Of a stretch of 64,000 nucleotides of DNA, positions 51,422 through 60,313 are shown in pieces; within the stretch, counting starts at the first letter, position 1, and each line of letters opens with the position of its first letter. A program made the translations under genes and the position numbers. The DNA lies in the IMG/VR virus record IMGVR_UViG_3300020577_011735; one strand, given 5' to 3'. The notes below the pieces were generated by a model. It searched no databases and was not told the origin of the DNA. It saw nothing but the letters and a program-made list of their open reading frames with translations. Source of the DNA: an uncultured virus (IMG/VR IMGVR_UViG_3300020577_011735). Taxonomy: Duplodnaviria > Heunggongvirae > Uroviricota > Caudoviricetes.

Positions 51422-52287
51422 TATCTATTTCCTTTTGAAATATTTTCTCTCCACTCAAGAGGTTGAAAATTTGTATAATGATTTAATTTATAAATCTCCT
51501 CCTCTGTTTTCGCCCATGATACTGGTATAATATGATCCAATTGCCAATATGTAGCATAGTTATCCCAACTCATCTCTTTTGTAAACTTTGATTCAATATG
51601 TATTTTAAATTCGTCAAAGGTACATCCTAAAATTTCAATTGTTTTTTTAGCCTTTTTTGTATATCTAAGTTTAAATGACTGTGTTATCAATGTCCTAATG
51701 GAACACGAAAGTTTATATAGTGGATTATTGGATTTTTTATTTCTAATATAAATTCTATTTAATTCATTATATCTATCCTTATTTTTATGATAATGCTCCC
51801 TTTTTTTAGAAGTAAGATGATCTTTATTATCCTTTTGATATTTTTTAACTTTATCTTTATTTTCTTGATACCATTCTTTCTTTTTAAGTGATATTTCCTC
51901 TTTATTTTCCTCCCTATACTTCTTTTGCCTTATTAGAATTTCTTCTCTATTTTTTTCATGCCACTCATGCCCATATTTTAATTTTTCATCCTTATTGTTT
52001 TGATAATATTCTTCGACTTTACTTTTGATTTTGTCTTTATTTTTCTCATAATATTCCTTTTTATTATTTTGGATTTTATCTTTATTTTCCTCCCTATACT
52101 TCTTTTTTCTTTCCTTAATTGTTTTTTCATTTGATATTGAATATAATTTTCGATATTCTTTAATTTTATCTTTATTACGTTTTGCATATTCCTTTTTGTA
52201 TTCTGATACACAAGATTTACAAACACAACCCTTTTTTGGAAAATCTACTATTTCTTTTTCAATTAAACACTTATTACATAATTTCAT
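51412..52287 (-). mobile_element. HNH-type homing endonuclease with long K/E/Y/N coiled repeats
   Basis: CNKC/CKSC, Y(R/Y)E.NK(D/E)KI repeats, LGCT..EF..HIES.F...MSWDNY..WQLDHIIP...HYTNFQPL...N..K. Confidence 0.8.
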
Positions 52288-52365
52288 ATAATTTTTACCA
52301 TTTTATTTATATATTAAATATAAAAAATGAATTTGAAACAGATTTTACAACTGATGATGAATACT

Positions 52366-52614
52366 ATGAAAAAATATGAAGACTATAAAGATCTTAAAGA
52401 TGTTAAGTGGACTAAATACAAAATTGTAGTTCCAACAGAAGAAGATAGGCAAGAGTTGATGAAAGCCTTTAAACACTTTCATTATTCTGATATTGATACA
52501 AACTATGTTGCTGTTAATCAACTCGCACATGAGTATTTAACAGAAGAAGACCTACAGGGAAATCATAATAATATTATAGTTGATAAAGAGCTATATGAAA
52601 AACTAAATAAATAA
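52366..52614 (+). CDS. hypothetical protein
   Basis: Likely start 52366 (MKKYEDYK). Confidence 0.55.
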   Translation: MKKYEDYKDLKDVKWTKYKIVVPTEEDRQELMKAFKHFHYSDIDTNYVAVNQLAHEYLTEEDLQGNHNNIIVDKELYEKLNK

Positions 52615-52615
52615 T

Positions 52616-53461
52616 ATGAACATTTGCGTTATAATATCCTCACATAGTCCATCAGTTTATACTAAGCTAACAATTGCTACTTTATTAAGAGTAGTTCAAA
52701 ATAATCATGATCTAAATATTCATATTGGAGTTCATTCTAATTATGCCGACTACACATCTGATTTATCTTTATTTAAAGATTTAAAAGGAATTGCTCAAAT
52801 ACATTGTGTTGATGAAATTGATTGGATGGCTAACGCTAGGAATAACTATCGATATTCATTGATGCATTCCAAAAATATGGAAAATTTATTGAAGAATATT
52901 CGATACTATGATTTTGACTATGTTGTAATACTAGATAATGACCTTTATATAAAATCCGATTTTATTTCATTATTAACTAATAATGAGATTGAACATGACT
53001 TAATTTATAATTATTTTGTTAAAGATGTTAACACAATTAACAATGAGAGAAGACCAACTGGTGAATATACCGCCACAGTTCAATTTGCTCCAAAAATAGC
53101 ATGCTGGAACTTAATGATATCTAGAAAACTATATGATAGAATCATGGAAGATACGACCATTATCTATCCAGATAGAGTTACAGATCAATCACAAATAGAT
53201 TTTTATAAATCTTATATCCCACAATTTGATGGAACATATCCAATCGTATTTGACACTCTATCTAAGGTTTTATTTTACTCACAATACATTTGGAAAGATA
53301 TCAAAACATTAGAAGTGGGTATTAACGAAATGTCAGAAATGATTAAACATTTCTTCTGTAGTTCATTTAATTATGGAATCGGAATAGTCAATAATACAGA
53401 GGGTGAAAGTAATGTTACAAACATATACAATTCTGAGTTTCCAAATGGTTTAATAAAATGA
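52616..53461 (+). CDS. putative glycosyltransferase (GT-A fold)
   Basis: N-terminal ICVIISS strand; DYVVILDND DxD motif. Confidence 0.6.
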   Translation: MNICVIISSHSPSVYTKLTIATLLRVVQNNHDLNIHIGVHSNYADYTSDLSLFKDLKGIAQIHCVDEIDWMANARNNYRYSLMHSKNMENLLKNIRYYDFDYVVILDNDLYIKSDFISLLTNNEIEHDLIYNYFVKDVNTINNERRPTGEYTATVQFAPKIACWNLMISRKLYDRIMEDTTIIYPDRVTDQSQIDFYKSYIPQFDGTYPIVFDTLSKVLFYSQYIWKDIKTLEVGINEMSEMIKHFFCSSFNYGIGIVNNTEGESNVTNIYNSEFPNGLIK

Positions 53462-53703
53462 AATTTTTAAAAGATATTCCTTTACAGGAAGGGGACTATA
53501 TAGTTTGTGTAACTAAATCATGGAGTAAATATACCTACGGGAAAAAATATAAAGTTAACAGTTATAAAATTCGAAGTAGTATTATTGTCGATGTTTTAGA
53601 TGATGATGGATATAGAAGTTTGCCATGTTATTATGGTGTAGATGATAACTATTTTATTACGCTGCCAGAGTGGAGGGAAATGCAAATAGGTCATGTGATA
53701 TAA
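53458..53703 (+). CDS. small SH3-like hypothetical protein, paralogue of 62398-62643
   Basis: GDYIVC...TYGKKYKV...DD.G...FIT..EWREMQI. Confidence 0.6.
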   Translation: MKFLKDIPLQEGDYIVCVTKSWSKYTYGKKYKVNSYKIRSSIIVDVLDDDGYRSLPCYYGVDDNYFITLPEWREMQIGHVI

Positions 53704-53721
53704 TTTTAATATATTTGTAAT

Positions 53722-54066
53722 ATGGGTAAATCTAAGCTTGATAGGGCTAATAAATTTATAAAATCTCAGGGGTTTGAAAATAACGTGCTGAGGTTTATAC
53801 CTGATATAAGCCACATTAAGGTTAAGCCGGATGAGAATAAAAGGGGCTATTTTATAACCATTGTGCAGGATATAATAGAAGCCACGGATATTATTGATTA
53901 CTTTACTGATCGGTTTAACAAAAGATTTTCAAAAAAGAATGAAAAGAATAAAATAGTATTTGAAGGATATTCACAAGGTGATAACAAAGGAAAGAAAGTC
54001 TCTATTATAAGATTTTATTATAGAGCAAATTTATTTGAAAGAAAATTATTATTTAAATCATTTTAA
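53722..54066 (+). CDS. hypothetical protein
   Basis: 114-aa ORF after TATATTTG. Confidence 0.6.
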   Translation: MGKSKLDRANKFIKSQGFENNVLRFIPDISHIKVKPDENKRGYFITIVQDIIEATDIIDYFTDRFNKRFSKKNEKNKIVFEGYSQGDNKGKKVSIIRFYYRANLFERKLLFKSF

Positions 54067-54069
54067 GTT

Positions 54070-54495
54070 ATGAGATTATTTGGAAAAATAAACGATAAAT
54101 TTTCGGAGGAAATTCATAATCCTTTAGGATTAGAAACAGTTGATGGAAAAATTCCAATTCCACCCAAGCCTATTTTATATGGCAATAAATTTAAAATAAA
54201 AATTTCTACCAGTGATAAGGCATCATCAATGGCAAATGCTTTGCATAATATATCTATATTCGGTATTTATCGTATAAACGCGTCAACTGACATAGCAAAT
54301 TTTATAGCCTATCATCTCAATAAAATGAGTAAACAATTTTATACTGAAACGCTAGAAAAACTAGCTGATGATTACAGTTGTTTACCTGAATTAGGAAATC
54401 AGGAGTATTGCACAATAAGCTTTGAACTAAATAAGCAACAAACTATAGAGTTTATGGAGTTAATTGAAAAAGCAAGTCAAGGGGTTTCTATTTAA
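54070..54495 (+). CDS. hypothetical protein
   Basis: 141-aa ORF. Confidence 0.6.
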   Translation: MRLFGKINDKFSEEIHNPLGLETVDGKIPIPPKPILYGNKFKIKISTSDKASSMANALHNISIFGIYRINASTDIANFIAYHLNKMSKQFYTETLEKLADDYSCLPELGNQEYCTISFELNKQQTIEFMELIEKASQGVSI

Positions 54496-54537
54496 ATATT
54501 ATCCAAACATTTCTATCCTTATATCATATAAAACAAT

Positions 54538-54669
54538 ATGAATAGGGAAGAAAAATTAAAAAAATTAGAGAGCCTGAAAAGGAAAGCTACAGAGCTTAAG
54601 AAGGACGTTGATTACTACAACGCAATTCAGACAGCTTTGAAGTTGGTACTTAATGGTTCTTATGTTTAG
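54538..54669 (+). CDS. family-B DNA polymerase fingers segment with first part of motif B (not in ORF track)
   Basis: MNREEKLKKLESLKRKATELKKDVDYYNAIQTALKLVLNGSY-V-TAG; QxAxKxxxNxxY is PolB motif B lacking its Gly. Confidence 0.85.
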   Translation: MNREEKLKKLESLKRKATELKKDVDYYNAIQTALKLVLNGSYV

Positions 54670-54703
54670 TCCCCTTGCTGAAAGGTGAGGGGACAAAATG
54701 AAA
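54664..54703 (+). other. 40-nt structured intervening sequence in polymerase motif B
   Basis: Removal restores NGSY-GAFATQYF in frame; contains TAG and hairpin GTCCCCTTGCT-GAAA-GGTGAGGGGAC. Confidence 0.75.
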
Positions 54704-55993
54704 GGAGCATTCGCAACACAGTATTTCATACTGTTTAATGAACACGTAGCTGGTACTATTACCGCTCAGGGTCGTGACCTAACACAAACAATGCATCATG
54801 TGAATGAGGACTATTGGTATAATCAGTGGCACCTTGATACAGAATTGCATAAGAATCTCTGTGTTAAGAATGTGACACAGATATCTAAAGATGAAGGAGT
54901 TTCTATCTATGCGGATACTGACTCTCTATTCGTCTCTTTTAAGCCTGCAATTGATCACTCTGATTGGAAGAATTTAATCTTCAACAATATAAATGGTCTC
55001 AAAGATAGTTTTGTTGTATTGGAACATGCACACACAACCAAGATAGACAATGCAAATTGTCTAGGCACAGTTAATAATGTCAATGATTTAAAATCATTCT
55101 TAGAGTCAAATAATCCTAAAATAATTGTAATTGATGGTTATTATGTTAAGAATAGAGATTTAAAAAATGTAGATTTAAAAGATAAGAGAATTTTATGGAA
55201 CTGGTCTAACGAACTAGATTATATACACGGAATTGACCATTTTAGATATGGTGGTTACTTTAAAAAGCAACTAGAAGAGTACGCTGATAAGTATGGTGTA
55301 GAAAATAAGGAAGACTTTGAATTAGAAAGAATATCAGAATCAATCATTAATATTGCTAAAAAGAAATATATTCAACATATTGTATATGAAGATGGTATTC
55401 CTTATGATAGATTAACCTATATGTATCCGAAAGGTGTTGAGCTCGTTAGATCGTCTACACCTTTGTTTGCAAGAGATAAGATTGTAGGAATTATCAAATA
55501 TCTATTTAGTAATCCAGAAACCTTTAATATAAAAGAATTGTTGAAATTGGTTAAGGGATTAAGAAAAGAGTTTGATCTTTGTGTTCCTGATAAAATTGAT
55601 GAAATAGCAATGCAATCATCCTGTTCTAATTATGAAGAAAAAGTATTGAACGATAAGAATAAATTAGAGTTTGTTAGTGGCGCTCACTTTGCAGTAAAAG
55701 CAAGTGCTTACTATAACTACCTTCTACATAAGAACGTTTCATTACATGAGAAGTATGAGTATATAAAATCTGGTACTAAAATTAAATATTATTATTGTAA
55801 AAATAAATCAGTTAATGATATTTTTGCGTATATTCGTGGAACATATCCAGTTGAAATGGCACCAGATATTGATTTAGATGTTCAGTTTGAGAAATCAATT
55901 TTATCACCAATAAATTCGATCATTGCACCATTAGGATTACCAGAAATAAATAAGAGATTGAGTGTTGTAATGGACATATTTGGTGGGGAATAA
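54698..55993 (+). CDS. family-B DNA polymerase, C-terminal palm/thumb portion
   Basis: GAF...YF, ITAQGR, motif C IYADTDS, AKKKY, KGVELVRSSTP. Confidence 0.92.
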   Translation: MKGAFATQYFILFNEHVAGTITAQGRDLTQTMHHVNEDYWYNQWHLDTELHKNLCVKNVTQISKDEGVSIYADTDSLFVSFKPAIDHSDWKNLIFNNINGLKDSFVVLEHAHTTKIDNANCLGTVNNVNDLKSFLESNNPKIIVIDGYYVKNRDLKNVDLKDKRILWNWSNELDYIHGIDHFRYGGYFKKQLEEYADKYGVENKEDFELERISESIINIAKKKYIQHIVYEDGIPYDRLTYMYPKGVELVRSSTPLFARDKIVGIIKYLFSNPETFNIKELLKLVKGLRKEFDLCVPDKIDEIAMQSSCSNYEEKVLNDKNKLEFVSGAHFAVKASAYYNYLLHKNVSLHEKYEYIKSGTKIKYYYCKNKSVNDIFAYIRGTYPVEMAPDIDLDVQFEKSILSPINSIIAPLGLPEINKRLSVVMDIFGGE

Positions 55994-56012
55994 TTTAATA
56001 TAAAAATCTATA

Positions 56013-56483
56013 ATGAGGAAAAATACATATAAAATACCAGCGATTGGATCTTGTGAGGTGTGTAAAAAAAAGAATGTTAATTTAACAAGAACATATTTTC
56101 ATTACGATAATGTAAAATGCTCTTGTCATTCGCCGAATCACTTTATAGTAATTGATCATTGTGATACTTGTGTTCCGGTAGAGCCAGCTGAGACAAAAAT
56201 TCATATTAAAACAAAAGATTTAGATAGCCCAATTGATAAGCTATCTATATCATTGCGTGATGATGAGGGTTATTATATATCATGGAAATCAAATATTGCT
56301 ATGGCTTTCTATGATGTTTTTATAAATAAATCTAATATTTCAAATCAAGAAATTCACAAATTATCAAATCAAGCTGCTGATAATTTTTTACAATTATTAA
56401 TTTATCCTGAATCAGCGGCATCACATAGAAATAAAAAAATTGAAAAAATAATAGGTGTTGAATATATTGAATTAAAAAAATAA
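56013..56483 (+). CDS. hypothetical Cys/His-rich protein with C-terminal tag
   Basis: CEVC, CSCH, HCDTC; ends HRNKKIEKIIG... Confidence 0.65.
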   Translation: MRKNTYKIPAIGSCEVCKKKNVNLTRTYFHYDNVKCSCHSPNHFIVIDHCDTCVPVEPAETKIHIKTKDLDSPIDKLSISLRDDEGYYISWKSNIAMAFYDVFINKSNISNQEIHKLSNQAADNFLQLLIYPESAASHRNKKIEKIIGVEYIELKK

Positions 56484-56539
56484 AAAATGGAATACAGATA
56501 TTTCAATAAAAATAGAAAGGAGAATTAAAATTTTAAATA

Positions 56540-56998
56540 ATGATAAGTAAAGTAATAATAGAAAATGAATTCTTTGATGAATTAGTTGAAGTTGCAAGAA
56601 AATCAACTTGCCACCGATCTAAATGTGGATCTATAATCGTTAAAGATGGTAAAATAATTGGTGCTGGATATAACTCACAACCTTGTAATGTCGAGGGTGA
56701 GTGCTTTAAAGATTTTTTACCTAGTGAATTTAAGAGTGATAAGACTTGTTGCATTCATGCTGAACAGCGGGCTATCTTTGATGCACTTAAAAGAAATGGA
56801 AATATGTTAGAGGGTAGTATATTGTTCTTTATTCGGTTAGATGAGAATGATAATCCAAAGAGATCTGGTGATCCATATTGTACAATATGTAGTAAATCAG
56901 CTTTGGATGTTGGCATAAGTAAATTTTGCTTATGGCATCAATCTGGATGGACAGCATATGAAACCGAATATTATAATAAATTATCCTTTAAATTATGA
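56540..56998 (+). CDS. dCMP/cytidine deaminase-family protein
   Basis: STC, GYNSQP, HAEQ, PYCTIC zinc motifs. Confidence 0.85.
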   Translation: MISKVIIENEFFDELVEVARKSTCHRSKCGSIIVKDGKIIGAGYNSQPCNVEGECFKDFLPSEFKSDKTCCIHAEQRAIFDALKRNGNMLEGSILFFIRLDENDNPKRSGDPYCTICSKSALDVGISKFCLWHQSGWTAYETEYYNKLSFKL

Positions 56999-57286
56999 AT
57001 GTGGGTAAGATAATTAAAGAAATTAAAATTAAAAGATACAATCTTCAAAAGATGTATGAGTTCCATGAATTTTTGGCCTTAAACTTGCCACAAAAAGATA
57101 AAAAAAGTTTAAGAAATAAAAATAAAAAAATTGAAAATAAAAAAAATAATTAAACAAATTAGAATTAAAAGGAATCTACTTAAGAATAGGAAAGATTATG
57201 CTAATTTTTTATATTCAATTGTTAATGAAGATGGATCCCCACGTTTTTCTATTGACTATTTAAAAAAAATTATCAATGCAAAGTAG
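56995..57286 (+). pseudogene. frameshifted basic hypothetical gene
   Basis: 52-aa ORF continues in another frame after A8 run 57139-57146 to TAG at 57284-57286. Confidence 0.4.
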
Positions 57287-57518
57287 ATACTTCGATACCT
57301 TTTCTGAAGCTGAAAATTATTTTAATGAAGTTAAAGAACATAGTAAATATGTATGTTTTTTATATAGTCATCATGCATATTCAGAAGGATATTGGATTGA
57401 GTTTGAAAATCCAACCAATTTATTTGGTACAATAATAAATATTCACGATATTGTAGATATTAGGGATGAAAAAATAAGAGAAATATTAAATGAAAAAGAG
57501 AAAGATATTAGTATTTAG
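57276..57518 (+). CDS. hypothetical protein with C-terminal tag
   Basis: Ends IRDEKIREILNE... Confidence 0.6.
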   Translation: MQSRYFDTFSEAENYFNEVKEHSKYVCFLYSHHAYSEGYWIEFENPTNLFGTIINIHDIVDIRDEKIREILNEKEKDISI

Positions 57519-58209
57519 CGGAGCTGGTGTTTCCGCTGAAAGTGGAGTGAAAACATTTAGGGATCACGGTGGACTATGGGATAATTTCAAAGTAGAAGAT
57601 GTTGCAACAATTGATGCTTGGAATGCAAACCCTCAACCAGTTATAGATTTTTATAACTTTAGAAGAAAGGAATTAAATGGAGTTTCTCCTAATCAAGCTC
57701 ACTACACTATTGCTGAGTTGGAAAAGGATTTTGATGTTACTGTATCAACACAAAATGTTGATGATTTGCATGAAAGAGCTGGTTCAAGCAATGTAATACA
57801 TCTACATGGTGAATTAACCAAACTTAAAAGTGAAACAGATGACACTATCCTAAAATCATTTGATATTGATTTGAAGTTAGGAGACTTGGCACCAGATGGT
57901 GGTCAATGGAGACCTGATATTGTTTGGTTTGGTGAAGATTTAGATTTTATGAGAATGCATAATACTAAAGTTGCTGCTCAAGAATGTGATGTCTGTATTA
58001 TTGTAGGTACTTCTATGAAAGTATCTCCTGCAAATGGAATTCCTTGGCAGACAAAAGAAACGACAATTATTTACTATGTTGATCCAGGTGATATGGATTT
58101 CTATGTTCCTGAATATAGGAGAGGATTTTTCTATCACATACAAAAGCCTGCGACTGAAGGCATGAAAGAGGTTATGGATGATTTAAAAGAAATTTATCTT
58201 AATCAATAA
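57490..58209 (+). CDS. Sir2/CobB-family NAD-dependent deacylase
   Basis: SGAGVSAESG..TFR, TQNVDDLHERAG, HLHG, RPDIVWFGE, VGTS. Confidence 0.93.
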   Translation: MKKRKILVFSGAGVSAESGVKTFRDHGGLWDNFKVEDVATIDAWNANPQPVIDFYNFRRKELNGVSPNQAHYTIAELEKDFDVTVSTQNVDDLHERAGSSNVIHLHGELTKLKSETDDTILKSFDIDLKLGDLAPDGGQWRPDIVWFGEDLDFMRMHNTKVAAQECDVCIIVGTSMKVSPANGIPWQTKETTIIYYVDPGDMDFYVPEYRRGFFYHIQKPATEGMKEVMDDLKEIYLNQ

Positions 58210-58954
58210 TATTTGATTTTGGTGCAATAAAATAGGAAGGAAACACTGTTATTCCCTTACTTCGGAATACCTTTGTTTCCTTTTCATTTGTCACAATTAA
58301 GTAATCAGTTTTTAATTCTTTTAAGACCCCATCACAAAATATAATATAACTGGTTGGGTCCTTTTGATATGTCTCCATTTTAAATAATGGTTTTACTTGT
58401 ATAGTAAATCTTTTTCCTCTGTGCATAAAAGTTCCATCTATACCCCCATAGATATCTTCTTTTAGAGATGGATCTTCTATTATAACATCTATTCCTTTCT
58501 TAGCAGCTACCTCTCTAAATACTTTAAATGCATTATTTTCGAATTTCTTTCCTTTTTTAGAAGTACTAGATAATAAACCATATACATATCTGAAATATTT
58601 TCCATTATGGTTAAATAAATCAAAGGTATTATTCTTAACAAAATTAAAGAGTTCAGCTTTATTATTAACACCAGATACAATTTCTTTATTTGGATCTGAT
58701 ATAATTTTTTTAAGTAGTGTTCTATTATTAACAGCTTTTGATAGGTATTCTGGGTTAATAGTTATTCCATCGACTATAAATGGTTCTCCATTTTTGTTTT
58801 TATCTAAATTGTAAAATTGCTTTAAAGCATCAGCAATAATTTTGCACATTTCCATTCTTTCATTATTAGTTAAAACAATTCCTTTTGGCAAAGCCAAATT
58901 ATCGTGCCCAGCTGAATGACGGATATGTCCAGCATATTCTAATATAAACTTCAT
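58199..58954 (-). CDS. hypothetical protein, possible PD-(D/E)xK nuclease fold
   Basis: GKKFE...EDIYGGID...TIQVKP; leader MKFILEY; TAATATATA upstream. Confidence 0.5.
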   Translation of the reverse strand: MKFILEYAGHIRHSAGHDNLALPKGIVLTNNERMEMCKIIADALKQFYNLDKNKNGEPFIVDGITINPEYLSKAVNNRTLLKKIISDPNKEIVSGVNNKAELFNFVKNNTFDLFNHNGKYFRYVYGLLSSTSKKGKKFENNAFKVFREVAAKKGIDVIIEDPSLKEDIYGGIDGTFMHRGKRFTIQVKPLFKMETYQKDPTSYIIFCDGVLKELKTDYLIVTNEKETKVFRSKGITVFPSYFIAPKSNIID

Positions 58955-58987
58955 GAATGTATATATTAAAAATCAATATATAAATTC

Positions 58988-59245
58988 ATGAATAGTATTA
59001 AAGAACATTACTTATACCCAATGTATTTACAATATCTTGAGAAAAAGAGAATGTCTAAAGGAGCCTTAGAATTAAGTAAAATATGTGAAGAAGCGTTCTT
59101 TGAATTTAAATATATGTATGATAGTGATGATAAGTTTAGAAATAATCAGGAACAAATATATAAATCAATCGTTAGAGAAGATAAAATAAATGCTATTTTA
59201 GATGATGAACCTAACAGAAACCTCAAATCCGGAAGACCGGCTTAA
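58988..59245 (+). CDS. hypothetical protein with C-terminal tag
   Basis: VREDKINAILDD near the C terminus. Confidence 0.6.
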   Translation: MNSIKEHYLYPMYLQYLEKKRMSKGALELSKICEEAFFEFKYMYDSDDKFRNNQEQIYKSIVREDKINAILDDEPNRNLKSGRPA

Positions 59246-59660
59246 TTTAATTTTGGACAAAATATCCCAAAATGGAATAAAAAAACTCAATAAAGAAGAA
59301 ACGATTTTTCTAGAATCTTATTCATTAGGAAAGGAAGAAGATGTGCATAAGAAATTATCAGATGAGGAAAGTAACAGAACTTTTTTATCTGATGATGGTA
59401 ATTTTATATTTAAACTAGATAATGTAGAATATATTGATGATGTTCAATATATCAATGGAACATTAATTGTACCTGATCTAATTCTTAAGAATAAGAAAAG
59501 AGTTAAAGGTGAATTAAAAGGTAGCATTATTGTTTTTTCTGATAGTCATATAGCAGTAGATTTTCATAGAGGTAGGTATGATATTTTTGAATTTGTTGAT
59601 GGATTGGAGTATGAATTAGATTGTTTTGTTGATGATTTAGTATATAAAATAGAAGGATAA
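59202..59660 (+). CDS. hypothetical protein with N-terminal DUF6576-like segment
   Basis: LNLILDKISQNGIKKLNKEETIFL. Confidence 0.6.
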   Translation: MMNLTETSNPEDRLNLILDKISQNGIKKLNKEETIFLESYSLGKEEDVHKKLSDEESNRTFLSDDGNFIFKLDNVEYIDDVQYINGTLIVPDLILKNKKRVKGELKGSIIVFSDSHIAVDFHRGRYDIFEFVDGLEYELDCFVDDLVYKIEG

Positions 59661-59722
59661 TAAATGAAAAAAAGTGAGGATTAAAATTTAATATATAACT
59701 AAAATAAAAATTATTTTCAATC

Positions 59723-60277
59723 ATGAAATTAAAAAAATTTAATCAATTTATAAATGAGGATTTCGATCCTGAAAATGAAGTAGGATACGATAGTGTGGAC
59801 GACTTTAAAAGAGAACTAGGTGAAGAAGAATTAGGAGAAGAAGATTTCGATCATACTGATGATGATGATGATGATGATGCCTTTTCAACCGAAAGAGAGG
59901 AAGAATTCGCTGATGAACCTGAAGATATCGTAGGAGAACTAGGTGAAGATGGTTTTGAAGACGAAGAAGGTGAAGATGATTTTGAAGAAGAAGAAGAAGA
60001 GGGCCATGAGTATAAAGGAAATTTATTAATGAGAGAACTAGCTGATATGTTAGGAACAGAGGTAGTTAATAATCAAATTAATTATAACGGTCAAAAGATC
60101 AATTATTATTCAGAAACAGAAAAATTCCATATTGGAAGAGAAAAATTTGAAACAATTGAAGAAGTTGTGGACTTTTTAAAACCACAAACTGATGTTGCTG
60201 AAGAAGCTCCTGAAGTTGTTAGAGAAGAAAAATTGGAAGGAGTAGGGGAATCCAGAAAATATATAAAAAGATTTTAA
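59723..60277 (+). CDS. highly acidic protein with N-terminal leader motif (internal head/scaffold candidate)
   Basis: MKLKKFNQFINED; long D/E tracts; TAATATATA at 59689; terminator downstream. Confidence 0.65.
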   Translation: MKLKKFNQFINEDFDPENEVGYDSVDDFKRELGEEELGEEDFDHTDDDDDDDAFSTEREEEFADEPEDIVGELGEDGFEDEEGEDDFEEEEEEGHEYKGNLLMRELADMLGTEVVNNQINYNGQKINYYSETEKFHIGREKFETIEEVVDFLKPQTDVAEEAPEVVREEKLEGVGESRKYIKRF

Positions 60278-60279
60278 TT

Positions 60280-60303
60280 AAAGGGGATAATTTCCCCTTT
60301 TTT
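60280..60303 (+). terminator. Rho-independent terminator
   Basis: AAAGGGGA...TCCCCTTT followed by a T-run. Confidence 0.75.
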
Positions 60304-60313
60304 ATTTCTGGTT

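Noticed and set aside
51780..52200. Periodic T-rich repeats resembling an array
   Set aside because: Coding repeats (Y.E.NK.KI) within the HNH endonuclease; no repeat-spacer structure, so not CRISPR.
54664..54704. Spliceosomal GT...AG intron or complete group I/II intron in the polymerase
   Set aside because: Removing the 41-nt GT-AG segment gives the wrong frame, the context is a phage, and 40 nt cannot hold a group I/II catalytic core.
96..59724. Many short ORFs overlapping longer genes (e.g. 2004-2258, 2925-3224, 30298-30666, 50947-51333)
   Set aside because: Shadows of well-supported genes, with no independent motifs or promoters.
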